The notes: generated from the sequence alone by a model not told the origin. DNA of 64,000 nt from Patescibacteria group bacterium (GCA_028868715.1 JAGWUB010000001.1:53480-117479), one strand, 5' to 3'. Positions 27,034-36,682 are shown, counted from the stretch's first letter. Translations and numbers: made by a program.

Positions 27034-29145
27034 TTATTTTTTACCAAAAAAATCTTTGTCCGCTTCACGAATAGACAAACTCGTCTTACCATTTTCTCGA
27101 TCTACTTTGATGATCTTGACTGGCACAATCATTCCTTCTTTTATTATATCTGAAACTCTCTCTACGCGAAATGGCGCTAGCTCAGAGATATGCACCATGC
27201 CATCAGTATAAGCATTTAGTCTGATAAAAGCTCCAAAGTCCGCCACTTTGACGACTTCCCCTTTGAGCACTTCCCCGACTTGAAATTCATGCGTCATCAT
27301 TTCTACTATTTCCTTGGCCTTCTCTGCTGACTCACCTTTACCGGTAAAGTAAACTGTGCCATCGTCTTCAATAGTTATTTCTGCGCCAGTTTTTTCTTTA
27401 ATTTCTTTAATAGTCTTACCGCCACCACCGATAACCATGCCGATCTTGTCTGGTCTAATTTTTATAATCAGTATCTTTGGCGCATTTGGAGAAATATCTT
27501 TGCGTGGAGCTGGTATTTCTTTTTCAATCCTGTCGATGATAGCTATCCGAGCAGCCTTGGCCGCAACCATGGCCTCGCCAAGTATTTTTATTGGCACTCC
27601 TTCTACTTTTACATCGAGCTGGATAGCCGTCACTCCATTTCTAGTACCAGCAATTTTGAAATCCATGTCACCATGATGGTCTTCTGGGCCTTGAATATCA
27701 GTCAAAACTTTATATTTATCATCCGACTCATGCATCAAGCCCATAGCAATCCCAGCTACTGGTGCTTTGATCGGCACTCCGCCGTCCATCAGGGCTATGA
27801 TTGCGGCGCAAATTGAAGCTTGGGAAGTAGAGCCATTGGAAGCCATTGATTCCGAAACGATTCGGATGGTATAAGGAAAATCTGTTACGCTCGGCAACAC
27901 CATGGCGAGTGCTTTTTCCGCCAAAGCTCCGTGGCCGACTTCGCGACGATTGGTAAATCCCGCACGACCAACTTCTCCAGCTGAATAAGGTGGAAAATTG
28001 TAGTGGTGCATGAATCTTTTCTCGACTCGGAGTTGCATACCATCAACCAGGTTTCTATCTTCTGGGCCACCGAGAGTCAAAACTGATAAAACGTGTGTGC
28101 CTCCGCGATAAAAAATTCCAGAACCGTGCAAAATAGAGGAAATCCCGCCAGCTTGCGCATATAAGTCTCGAAGTTCATCCATTTTTCTGCCATCGGCTCG
28201 CTTGCCTTCATTGATTGCCTTAGCATGCAAGATACTATTCTCGGTATCATCAAATAGACTGTCTTCTAAAGCAAAATCATCTCTATCAGGATAGTGATCT
28301 TTGACCATTTTGTTCCAGACATTATGTAATTCATCTATTTCTTTCTTGCCTGGGCCGGCAAAAATAGCTTCATCCATCTTTGGTAGAATATTTTCGTTAA
28401 ATAATTTAACTGACTCGGCTGAAATTGTTTCCTTGGCAATAATTCTTTTTTCTTTGCCTATCTCGGCAACTATCATTTTCTGAAAATTTTCCAATTTAGT
28501 TATCTCTGCACTTGCCAACTTCAAAGCTTCTTCTAATTCTGGCTCGGGAGTCTGATGTGCCGAAGCTTCAATCATGTTTATGTTTCCGTTTTTACCGCAT
28601 ACTGTCAGATCAAATTTATATTGAGAATCATCTTCACGTAACTTTTGTGAAGGATTGATTTTTATAGTTTCGTCATCGTATTTACCAATACGCACACAGC
28701 CGATAGGACCATTCCATGGGATATTGGAAACAGCCAGAGCGAGAGAAGCCGCATTTACCGCCAAAATAGTAGGGTCATTGTCATCAACCGATATGACGGT
28801 GACGATCACTTGCACCGCATGACGAATAGAATGATCAAAAAGTGGACGGAGTGTCCTGTCAATCACCCTACTGCCGAGTACTGCATCCTCGGATGGCTTC
28901 CCTTCTCGGCGAACAAACCTAGACCCTAGAATCTTACCAGCCGCATAAAACTTTTCCACATAGTCAACTGTCAGGTTGAACCAACCCAAGCCTTTTTGGC
29001 TGTCTTTAGACATACAAGCAGTGGCTAGCACCACTGTTTCTCCATATCGGAGCATTACTGACCCATGAGCTTGTTCTGCTAAATCCGTAAAGATAGCAGT
29101 AAGGGTCCTTCCACCAACCTCAACCGAGTATTCTTTTTTTTGCAT
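27034..29145 (-). CDS. pnp: Polyribonucleotide nucleotidyltransferase
   Basis: Two RNase PH domains (RREGKP, RREVGHG, SNGSTS, GDMDFKIAG), KH and S1. Start MQKKEY at 29145. Confidence 0.97.
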   Translation of the reverse strand: MQKKEYSVEVGGRTLTAIFTDLAEQAHGSVMLRYGETVVLATACMSKDSQKGLGWFNLTVDYVEKFYAAGKILGSRFVRREGKPSEDAVLGSRVIDRTLRPLFDHSIRHAVQVIVTVISVDDNDPTILAVNAASLALAVSNIPWNGPIGCVRIGKYDDETIKINPSQKLREDDSQYKFDLTVCGKNGNINMIEASAHQTPEPELEEALKLASAEITKLENFQKMIVAEIGKEKRIIAKETISAESVKLFNENILPKMDEAIFAGPGKKEIDELHNVWNKMVKDHYPDRDDFALEDSLFDDTENSILHAKAINEGKRADGRKMDELRDLYAQAGGISSILHGSGIFYRGGTHVLSVLTLGGPEDRNLVDGMQLRVEKRFMHHYNFPPYSAGEVGRAGFTNRREVGHGALAEKALAMVLPSVTDFPYTIRIVSESMASNGSTSQASICAAIIALMDGGVPIKAPVAGIAMGLMHESDDKYKVLTDIQGPEDHHGDMDFKIAGTRNGVTAIQLDVKVEGVPIKILGEAMVAAKAARIAIIDRIEKEIPAPRKDISPNAPKILIIKIRPDKIGMVIGGGGKTIKEIKEKTGAEITIEDDGTVYFTGKGESAEKAKEIVEMMTHEFQVGEVLKGEVVKVADFGAFIRLNAYTDGMVHISELAPFRVERVSDIIKEGMIVPVKIIKVDRENGKTSLSIREADKDFFGKK

Positions 29146-29597
29146 ATTGTCTTTTGGGCTCCTCTTTAGAATAAAGTACTGTTCCACTATGCTGGGCAAC
29201 ATTATCTCTATCTAAAGACGAACCTGAATTAAATGATAAAATAACACAAACTTATAAATATCCTAGCATTTTACATAGAAAATGCCAACTTTTTTGCATT
29301 AAAATAGCATTAACTAGTTATCCACAGTGCGTTTGACTTGCGACTTCTATTGGTCTACCCTATAAATGTAGCCCCGAAGAGAAGTCTGGCACTAGATGAC
29401 TGAACCAGAGAGATGACAGTAACCATCGTGAGAACCTTTGTTTGCAGTACTAATAGGTCGTCCTGTAATTCTACCCTTATTTCATAGGGTCAGAAAAGGC
29501 AATCTCGTGATATTTAGCTTGTTTTATAAAACATCAATTTAAAAAATTCGGCTATATCTTAGCTTCTTACTCGTTACTTGGGGTATTTTTTATCCTT

Positions 29598-30632
29598 TTG
29601 GCTATACCTAGAGAGGTTGGAGCTAGCTTTTTGAGTTCTATTTTAAACAATCAAGCTTATGCCGACGTAAATACTTCTGGTTCCAATAACAATTCTCAGA
29701 CTATGGACCTATTGCAAGCAAATGTGTCTTCGGCTCAGGTATTTCAAGACAATAAAGACCCTAAGGTTGACCCGAGTGCAGTGAATATCGTTGCTGACAA
29801 CTCTTTACTACCAGCAACTAGCTCTATGGGCACCTCGGCTGGAAGTGATGCTTCTGATTCTACCACCCCAGACCAAACTAGTGTTTATGTCATCCGTAAA
29901 GGTGATTCTATCGCTAAAATAGCCGATATGTTTGGTGTTTCCACCAATACCATTCTCTGGGCAAACGATATGAAGAAGGGCGATCCACTAGTCCCTGGAA
30001 ATGTGCTCTTGATTTTACCAGTTTCTGGGCTAGAACATACTGTCACTAAGGGGCAAACCTTAAAAGGTATCGCGGCTCTTTATAAAGCAGATATAAATGA
30101 AATTATTCAATCCAACGATATAACTCTAGATACTCAACTCAACGTCGGTGACAAACTTATCATCCCAAATGCTGAAAAAGCTGAAGAAACTGACAAACCA
30201 ATAAAGAACTTAAAAGACAGCACAGCTAAAGATAAAAAATATTACGATTTACATCCTGCTAAAAATCTTTCTGGATATTACATAGACCCTGTTCCAGGAT
30301 GTAGACTAACTCAAGGACTTCATGATGGAAATGCCGTAGATCTTGGTTGTCCAACGGGTACACCTATATATGCTGCGGCTGCGGGTACAGTTATCTTTGC
30401 AAAATTAGGAAATAATGGAGGTTATGGAAATTTGGTAATTATCTCGCATCCAAATGGAACGGAAACTTTGTACGCCCACCAATCCGCAATACTTACTCAC
30501 CCTGGTGAACAAGTTTCCCAAGGAGAAGCCATAGGTGCAGTCGGGTCCACTGGACGCTCTACTGGTCCCCACTTGCACTTTGAAGTCAAAGGCGCTCGCA
30601 ATCCCGGTGCCGATGGAAGTTGGGCACACTAG
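29598..30632 (+). CDS. LysM + M23 peptidase
   Basis: Two LysM domains (YVIRKGDSI, HTVTKGQTL) and M23 motifs HDGNAVD, YAH, STGPHLHFE. The true N-terminus probably extends upstream (see findings). Confidence 0.9.
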   Translation: MAIPREVGASFLSSILNNQAYADVNTSGSNNNSQTMDLLQANVSSAQVFQDNKDPKVDPSAVNIVADNSLLPATSSMGTSAGSDASDSTTPDQTSVYVIRKGDSIAKIADMFGVSTNTILWANDMKKGDPLVPGNVLLILPVSGLEHTVTKGQTLKGIAALYKADINEIIQSNDITLDTQLNVGDKLIIPNAEKAEETDKPIKNLKDSTAKDKKYYDLHPAKNLSGYYIDPVPGCRLTQGLHDGNAVDLGCPTGTPIYAAAAGTVIFAKLGNNGGYGNLVIISHPNGTETLYAHQSAILTHPGEQVSQGEAIGAVGSTGRSTGPHLHFEVKGARNPGADGSWAH

Positions 30633-30646
30633 ATAAAAATAAAAAC

Positions 30647-30684
30647 TAAAAAACACCCTGAGCTTGTAGAAGGGTGTTTTTTTA
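30647..30684. terminator. Bidirectional terminator
   Basis: TAAAAAACACCCT-gagcttgtaga-AGGGTGTTTTTTTA between convergent genes. Confidence 0.75.
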
Positions 30685-30692
30685 TTACTTTT

Positions 30693-31415
30693 CTAAATCC
30701 CAGCTAAGTGAATTGCTACATATAAAATTGCTACGCCGAGAACTGTAGCTAGGGTCGTCCAAGCAGTCGGATGATTGTGGTGACTCTCTGGCAATAAGTC
30801 AGATGCTCCTATGTACAAGAAAAAGCCGGTAAAGATTGCGAGAATAATTCCTAGAGTTGATACCGGCACGGTAAAAAATAAAGTGGAAAGGACGCCCAAG
30901 ACTGGAGCAGCCGCATCAATCACTAGCCATTTAAAGGCTTGATTTCGGGTTCCAGAGTTTTTTAAAATCATATTGACGGTATTGATCCCATCAGAAAAAT
31001 CGTGTACCAATACGGCTATGGCTACCACCACTCCCACCGCTGGAGATACTTGAAAAGCCAGGCCAATCGCGACTCCATCTAAAAAGCTGTGCACTGACAA
31101 ACTTCCAGCTCCCAATATTCCCCTCTTATTTACTTTGTCTTCTTCTCCACCCTCCTCATGTGAATGAAAAAAAACAAATCGATCTAAAATCGTGTAAGCC
31201 ATAAATCCCAAAGCGACAATTGAAGTTATAAAATAAATGTCGTAATTTTTACTACCTAAATTTATGGCTTCTGGTAACAAATCAAAAAAGGCTACACCCA
31301 GAATGGCTCCGGCTGAAAAACCTAAAATCAAATGTAACTTGTCTTTAAAACGCAAAGCGAATATTCCACCGAAAAGGGTGGAGGCCAACGCAGCGATACT
31401 TATCCATATGATCAT
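30693..31415 (-). CDS. ZIP family metal transporter
   Basis: GFSAGAILGVAFFDLLPEA, HSFLDGVAIG, HDFSDG, DLLPESH. Confidence 0.9.
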   Translation of the reverse strand: MIIWISIAALASTLFGGIFALRFKDKLHLILGFSAGAILGVAFFDLLPEAINLGSKNYDIYFITSIVALGFMAYTILDRFVFFHSHEEGGEEDKVNKRGILGAGSLSVHSFLDGVAIGLAFQVSPAVGVVVAIAVLVHDFSDGINTVNMILKNSGTRNQAFKWLVIDAAAPVLGVLSTLFFTVPVSTLGIILAIFTGFFLYIGASDLLPESHHNHPTAWTTLATVLGVAILYVAIHLAGI

Positions 31416-31503
31416 ATTTTCATGATAACATAATTATAAATTTTTGTTATAAGCTAGAATATTAAAATTTTTTGTGATATATTAGATTAGCTTTTAGCTA
31501 AAA

Positions 31504-31577
31504 CGGGCTGTAGTATACCGGTAGTACAAGCGCTTTGGGAGCGTTTAGACTGGGTTCGATTCCCAGCAGCCCGACCA
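31504..31577 (+). tRNA. tRNA-Pro(UGG)
   Basis: CGGGCTG/CAGCCCG acceptor stem, anticodon loop TT-TGG-GA, GTTCGATTC, encoded CCA. Confidence 0.93.
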
Positions 31578-31598
31578 GTTGTTTAAAATGATCATATT

Positions 31599-31669
31599 GC
31601 GGGGTTAGTTTATCGGTAAAATAACAGTTTTCCAAACTGTGGTGAAGGGTTCGACTCCCTTACCCCGCA
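31599..31669 (+). tRNA. tRNA-Gly(UCC)
   Basis: GCGGGGT/ACCCCGC acceptor stem, ACAGT-TT-TCC-AA-ACTGT, GTTCGACTC. Confidence 0.9.
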
Positions 31670-31794
31670 CCGAAGTAAGGGATAAGCAAACAAATTTATT
31701 TGTTTGCGGAGGGAGGAGAAAGGCTTTTCTGTGTTGAGCGAAGTGAAACAGAAAAGCACCTGGCTATGTAATAGCCGACTCCCTTACCCCGCAC
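31652..31794 (+). repeat. 19-bp duplication of the tRNA-Gly 3' end enclosing a multi-hairpin segment
   Basis: CGACTCCCTTACCCCGCAC at 31652-31670 and 31776-31794. Confidence 0.85.
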
Positions 31795-31802
31795 TAGATT
31801 AG

Positions 31803-32216
31803 TCACAAAATAACATCACTGACTACTTTTACCTTAGCTTTTTTGGTTTTTAAGTCTAAATATACAACCAAAAGATCCACCTGCCACTCTATGTCATCAT
31901 CTATTTTTTTGTCTAAAAGATAAGTTTGGATTGTCCGTGATAAACGTTTCATTTTCCATGGGTGCATATTATCTTCTGGATTATATCCATCTTCCCCTTC
32001 TGATTTTACCAAGGTTTCACTCGGCAAATGAGAAACTGATTTCACTTCCACAAAATAAAGTTTGTTGTCTTTCTTTGCAACAATATCAATTTCACCCCAT
32101 TTTTTAGTGTAATTTCTATCCAATACTGAAAAGCCGTGTTTCACGAGAAACTTTTCAGCTATATTTTCACCAATTTCTCCTGTTTTTTGTTTTTCAGAAG
32201 TAAAAACTTTTGGCAT
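31803..32216 (-). CDS. yraN: YraN family putative endonuclease
   Basis: GEIGENIA..FL, RNY..KWGEIDIV, FVEVK. Confidence 0.9.
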   Translation of the reverse strand: MPKVFTSEKQKTGEIGENIAEKFLVKHGFSVLDRNYTKKWGEIDIVAKKDNKLYFVEVKSVSHLPSETLVKSEGEDGYNPEDNMHPWKMKRLSRTIQTYLLDKKIDDDIEWQVDLLVVYLDLKTKKAKVKVVSDVIL

Positions 32217-32454
32217 TTTGGTTGTGTTTCATAAGAAACATGTTTCACATGAAACCTTTTATCGAAATTTTGTCTTTTAGTAAAATATCCTTATATAACA
32301 ACATATTTTCAATATAATGACACTAAAAAGACAGATTATAAATATGTCCTTTATACACATACTAACAGTTTTATCCACAGTTTTGTGTAAAACCCTTATA
32401 GCTAAAGCTTTTGCAAAAGGACAATAATTTTAAATAACTTATAGGCTATTTTTG

Positions 32455-32526
32455 TGCACCCGGAGGGATTCGAACCCCCAACGACGGTTCCGAAGACCGG
32501 CGTGATATCCATTTCACTACGGGTGC
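32455..32526 (-). tRNA. tRNA-Arg(UCG)
   Basis: Reverse complement GCACCCG...CT-TCG-GA...GTTCGAATC...CGGGTGC-A. Confidence 0.9.
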
Positions 32527-32648
32527 AGCGAATATAAATTATACCTTATTTTAATCTAATATCAAAATATCTTTATTTTACAAGCTTAAAACGTAAAATT
32601 GCAAAGTGCTGTATATAGTATATAATTATTAAATTAAAACTAATCAGC

Positions 32649-32719
32649 GCGGTGTTGGTTTAGTGGTAGAACACGTCCTTGCCAAGGATGAGACAGGAGT
32701 TCGATTCTCCTACGCCGCA
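32649..32719 (+). tRNA. tRNA-Gly(GCC)
   Basis: GCGGTGT/ACGCCGC acceptor stem, CGTCC-TT-GCC-AA-GGATG, GTTCGATTC. Confidence 0.92.
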
Positions 32720-32730
32720 CAAGTTCCAAA

Positions 32731-34281
32731 GTGGAAACAAATCTTAAAAATTTAATATCAAAGATACCTAAAGAAGTTTCACATGTAACCAATGTCTTAG
32801 AAAAGGCTGGTTTTGAGGCATATTTAGTTGGTGGATGCGTCCGAGATCTTATTATGAACAAGAAACCCAAGGATTGGGATATTACTACAAATGCCACCCC
32901 AGAAGATATTGTGGGACTCTTTGAGAAAACAGTTTATGAAAATACTTTTGGAACGGTGGCAGTTTGTATTCCTACTAAGGAGGGTGTTATTCATGAAACA
33001 ATTGATAAGGATGTTTCTCGTGAAACTCCAGAATATATGATTATAGAGGTTACTCCTTTCAGACTTGAGGCAAAATATACTGATTTTAGGCACCCAGATG
33101 AGGTAAAATTCAGTAATAAGCTGGAAGATGATCTTAAGAGACGTGATTTCACCATTAATGCCTTGTCCTATAGAGTAACAGGTAAAGGACATAATCTAAC
33201 GGACATATTTGATGGCCTAAAGGACATAGAAAATAAGGTGTTACGGACAGTAGGGAAGCCAGATGAACGTTTTGGTGAAGACGCACTTCGTATGCTTCGA
33301 GCGGTACGTTTTGCAGTACAATTAAATTTTTCTATTTCGGAAGAGACGGTGAAAAGTATTTTAAAAAATTCTAATTTAATAAAAAAAATATCAGCAGAAA
33401 GAATTCATGATGAATTTGTAAAAATAATAAATTCACAAAATCCAAGTGCCGGAATTGTGATGTTGCAAAAATTTGGATTGTTAAAAAATATTATTCCAGA
33501 GCTAGAAGAGGGTATCGGTTGTATGCAGTCCGGCGAGCATGTTCATGATGTTTGGCAGCATTCGCTATATGCCCTGCAACATGCGGCAGACAAGAATTGG
33601 CCTTTAGAAATAAGGCTCGCAGCGCTTTTTCATGACATTGGCAAGCCCAAAAGTCGCCGAGAAGAAGGCCGACCAGGCAAGAAGCAATATACCTTTTATG
33701 GCCACGAAGTCATCAGTGCCCGAATGGCAAAAAAAATAATGGAGCGACTAAAATTTCCAAAAAAAGAAATCGAATTGGTTTCCAAACTTGTTCGCAATCA
33801 TATGTTTTTTTCTGACACAGAATTAATTACTCTTTCAGCTGTCCGAAGAATAATTGTCAAAATTGGTAAAGAAAATATTTGGGATTTGATGCATGTGCGC
33901 GAGTGCGACCGAGTGGGTACTAGTAAAAAAGAGACGTCCTATAGACTCCGTAAGTATCATGCGATGATTGAGGAAGCCCTCCGAGACCCAATATCTGTCA
34001 GTCAATTGAAAATTAACGGTGAATTTATGATACAAGAGCTTGGAATTAAGCCTGGCCCTAGAATGGGGTGGATTTTGAGCGCACTTCTGGAAGAAGTCTT
34101 GGATGATCCATCAAAAAACACCGTAGAACACCTTTCGGAGCTCACTAAATCCTTAAATATGCTCGGGAATCCAGAGCTTAAAACCCTAGGAGAGCGAGGA
34201 AAGGAGAAAAAAGAAGAACTAGAAGAACGTGAAGTAGCCAAACTCCACCAAAAACATGGGGTACGGAAACAAAATAATTAG
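32731..34281 (+). CDS. cca: CCA tRNA nucleotidyltransferase with HD domain
   Basis: VGGCVRD...DWD, RRDFTINAL, EDALRMLRAVRF, ERIHDE, HDIGKP. Confidence 0.9.
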   Translation: METNLKNLISKIPKEVSHVTNVLEKAGFEAYLVGGCVRDLIMNKKPKDWDITTNATPEDIVGLFEKTVYENTFGTVAVCIPTKEGVIHETIDKDVSRETPEYMIIEVTPFRLEAKYTDFRHPDEVKFSNKLEDDLKRRDFTINALSYRVTGKGHNLTDIFDGLKDIENKVLRTVGKPDERFGEDALRMLRAVRFAVQLNFSISEETVKSILKNSNLIKKISAERIHDEFVKIINSQNPSAGIVMLQKFGLLKNIIPELEEGIGCMQSGEHVHDVWQHSLYALQHAADKNWPLEIRLAALFHDIGKPKSRREEGRPGKKQYTFYGHEVISARMAKKIMERLKFPKKEIELVSKLVRNHMFFSDTELITLSAVRRIIVKIGKENIWDLMHVRECDRVGTSKKETSYRLRKYHAMIEEALRDPISVSQLKINGEFMIQELGIKPGPRMGWILSALLEEVLDDPSKNTVEHLSELTKSLNMLGNPELKTLGERGKEKKEELEEREVAKLHQKHGVRKQNN

Positions 34282-34940
34282 TCAGCGAAGTGGCCTTTGG
34301 GGTCAGCGCCGAAGAAGAGTTTATGGAGTGTTTTCAAAACACTTTCAAAAAGGATAGTACTATAAGAAGAAAAATTGAAAATAACCGCTAAGGTAAAGAG
34401 GGAAAGCGAGAGCTTTATGCTTAAAAAAGACAATGGAATAGCAATCAGCGCGAAAAACACTGGAACAAGGGTCCGGATGGTACTGCCACGGATTTCTCTT
34501 TTGCTTATCTCTGGGTTTTTTATATGATCAGAATACAATACATATCTTCGCATCCAGTATAGGGTCAAGCCGATGAGAATAATATGTGTGCCGAAAATTA
34601 TCACCGAAAGTTCATTTTTGCCGAATTGACCGAGGATACTAGCTGAAAAGGGCACTAAACTTATCAACATAAAAAATAGAGCGTTGATATTAGTGAGCAT
34701 GGAGTCTATGGTTTTGGCATATACAGAAACAAAAAAGTGGTGGGCTCTCCAGTAAGTAAAAAGTAAGGCAAAACTTAAAATATAACTTAGAAATAGGGGA
34801 AGCAATTGTTTAACCTGAATCCAAAGACCCATATTATCTATCGGGCCCCAGATAGCTGGCACTTTAATCTCAAAAACCAAAATCGTCATCACGATGGCAA
34901 AGATGCCATCGGAAAGCTGGTCTAGTCTTGAATGATTCAT
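34278..34940 (-). CDS. TMEM175-family potassium channel
   Basis: RLDQLSDGIFAIVMTILV, YWRAHH, LVPF. Start moved to ATG 34940. Confidence 0.88.
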   Translation of the reverse strand: MNHSRLDQLSDGIFAIVMTILVFEIKVPAIWGPIDNMGLWIQVKQLLPLFLSYILSFALLFTYWRAHHFFVSVYAKTIDSMLTNINALFFMLISLVPFSASILGQFGKNELSVIIFGTHIILIGLTLYWMRRYVLYSDHIKNPEISKREIRGSTIRTLVPVFFALIAIPLSFLSIKLSLSLFTLAVIFNFSSYSTILFESVLKTLHKLFFGADPKGHFAD

Positions 34941-34956
34941 AAGTAAATAATAGCAA

Positions 34957-35071
34957 GAATTCTTAGAACTATCAATTTTTGATAGACACGACATATTTTT
35001 CTGTTGAAAAATTGCTCTGCTCGCCCCGTCGGTCTGCGCAAGGTCTCTCAAAAATTATAGTTCAAGAATTC
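34957..35071. repeat. Intergenic element with ~30-bp imperfect inverted repeats
   Basis: GAATTCTTAGAACTATCAATTTTTGATAGAC ... GTCTCTCAAAAATTATAGTTCAAGAATTC. Confidence 0.7.
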
Positions 35072-35090
35072 ATTGTGATAGAATAATGGG

Positions 35091-35882
35091 ATGAAAATTG
35101 GAATTTTTGATTCAGGACTAGGTGGACTGGTAATCGCTAAAGCCATCCACAAAATGTTGCCGGCTTACGACTATGTGTATTTGGGGGACACAAAAAGAAT
35201 GCCTTATGGCAACCGCAGTGAGGAAGCAGTATTGGAATTTACAAAAGAAGGAGTGGATTATCTTTTTCGTAAAGAAAATTGCGCCATAGTTGTTATCGCT
35301 TGCAATACTGCTTCGGCAAAAGCACTACGAAAACTACAGAGAGAGTATTTGCTAAAAAATTTTCCCGACCGGAAAGTGCTTGGAGTTTTAATTCCCGCCG
35401 CCGAAGAATGTGTAAAATTTAAAAACGTCGGCATCTTGGCGACGAGAGGCACCGTGAGTTCAAATACGTTTCCCAAGGAAATAAAAAAGTTAAATAAAGA
35501 AATAAAAGTTTTTCAAAATTCTGCACCGATGCTAGCATCGCTCGCTGAAGAGGGGAGAAATAATTTGGCTGTGCCATTTATCGAAAAATATTTAAAACCG
35601 TTGCTAAACAAAAAATTAGATGCGCTGGTTCTCGGCTGTACTCACTACGTTATATTTAAAAAAGAGATACGGAAAATTGTCGGTAAAAAAATTAAAATTG
35701 TTTCCCAAGATGAAATAATTCCAAGAAAATTGAAAAAATATCTAGAACGACATCGAGAGGTTACCAGAAAAATTTCTTGTACCCGAGACGTAAAGATTTT
35801 AGTTACCGACAAAACTGACATGGTAAAGAAATTGACCGAGGAGTGGTTTGGAAAAACAAAACCCAAACTTGTGACTATTTAG
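35091..35882 (+). CDS. murI: Glutamate racemase
   Basis: FDSGLGG, PYG, ACNTAS, LGCTHY. Confidence 0.96.
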   Translation: MKIGIFDSGLGGLVIAKAIHKMLPAYDYVYLGDTKRMPYGNRSEEAVLEFTKEGVDYLFRKENCAIVVIACNTASAKALRKLQREYLLKNFPDRKVLGVLIPAAEECVKFKNVGILATRGTVSSNTFPKEIKKLNKEIKVFQNSAPMLASLAEEGRNNLAVPFIEKYLKPLLNKKLDALVLGCTHYVIFKKEIRKIVGKKIKIVSQDEIIPRKLKKYLERHREVTRKISCTRDVKILVTDKTDMVKKLTEEWFGKTKPKLVTI

Positions 35883-36682
35883 ATTTCAAGCAAGATAGGG
35901 CAGTGGTCAGAACCGAGAACTTCAGATAAGATTTTCGCTGACTTAACTTTTTTTTCTAGCTTTTTGCTCACAAAAAAATAATCGATTCTCCAGCCGACGT
36001 TCCGCGCTCGGGCATTTGCAAAATGGCTCCACCAAGTATAGTGGCCCGATCCTTTAGTAAAAATTCTAAAACTATCTACAAATCCTGCTTTAATAATTTT
36101 ATCTATTCCTTCACGCTCTTCGTCGGTAAAACCTTTGTTGCCAACATTTTCTTTTGGCCGAGCTAGATCATCTGGAGTATGCGCTACATTTAAATCTCCG
36201 CAAAATATTACTGGCTTCTTTTTTTCAAGCTCGCGCATATATTCTAAAAAAGCGGGATCCCATTTCTCGTGACGTAGGGGAATACGTGAAAGATCATCTT
36301 TGGCGTTTGGAGTGTAAACAGTTACTATGTACAAATTTTTATATTCCAATGCTATCACCCGACCTTCGGTATTTGGATCTCCATAGCCATCATTTATTAG
36401 CTTATGTTTTTTTGCAATTTTGGCGGGTATATCCAGTAAAACTGAAAGTGGTTTTTCTTTTACAAAAATAGCCGTGCCACTATAACCCTTCCGAATGGCA
36501 GAATTCCAATACTCTTCGTAGTCTTTCAGATCCACTTCACCCTGATGGATACTTTGTTCTCTTTCGGCTTTAGTTTCTTGTAGACAAATAATGTCCGGCT
36601 GATATTTTTTTACAAAGGGCACTAAAAAACCTTTTTTGTGTACCGCTCTTATCCCATTCACATTCCAAGAAATTATACGCAT
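35879..36682 (-). CDS. xth: Exodeoxyribonuclease III
   Basis: SWNVNGIRA, LQETK, GDLNVAH, GWRIDY, SDHCP. Confidence 0.95.
   Translation of the reverse strand: MRIISWNVNGIRAVHKKGFLVPFVKKYQPDIICLQETKAEREQSIHQGEVDLKDYEEYWNSAIRKGYSGTAIFVKEKPLSVLLDIPAKIAKKHKLINDGYGDPNTEGRVIALEYKNLYIVTVYTPNAKDDLSRIPLRHEKWDPAFLEYMRELEKKKPVIFCGDLNVAHTPDDLARPKENVGNKGFTDEEREGIDKIIKAGFVDSFRIFTKGSGHYTWWSHFANARARNVGWRIDYFFVSKKLEKKVKSAKILSEVLGSDHCPILLEI

Larger units (their letters stand above)
32137..33027. promoter_or_regulatory. Cluster of parS-like sites
   Basis: Matches to TGTTTCACGTGAAACA at 32137, 32225, 32241, 32775, 32985 (weak) and 33012. Confidence 0.75.

Noticed and set aside
32640-32897. Minus-strand 85-aa ORF
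   Set aside because: It overlaps tRNA-Gly and cca in antisense and is spurious.
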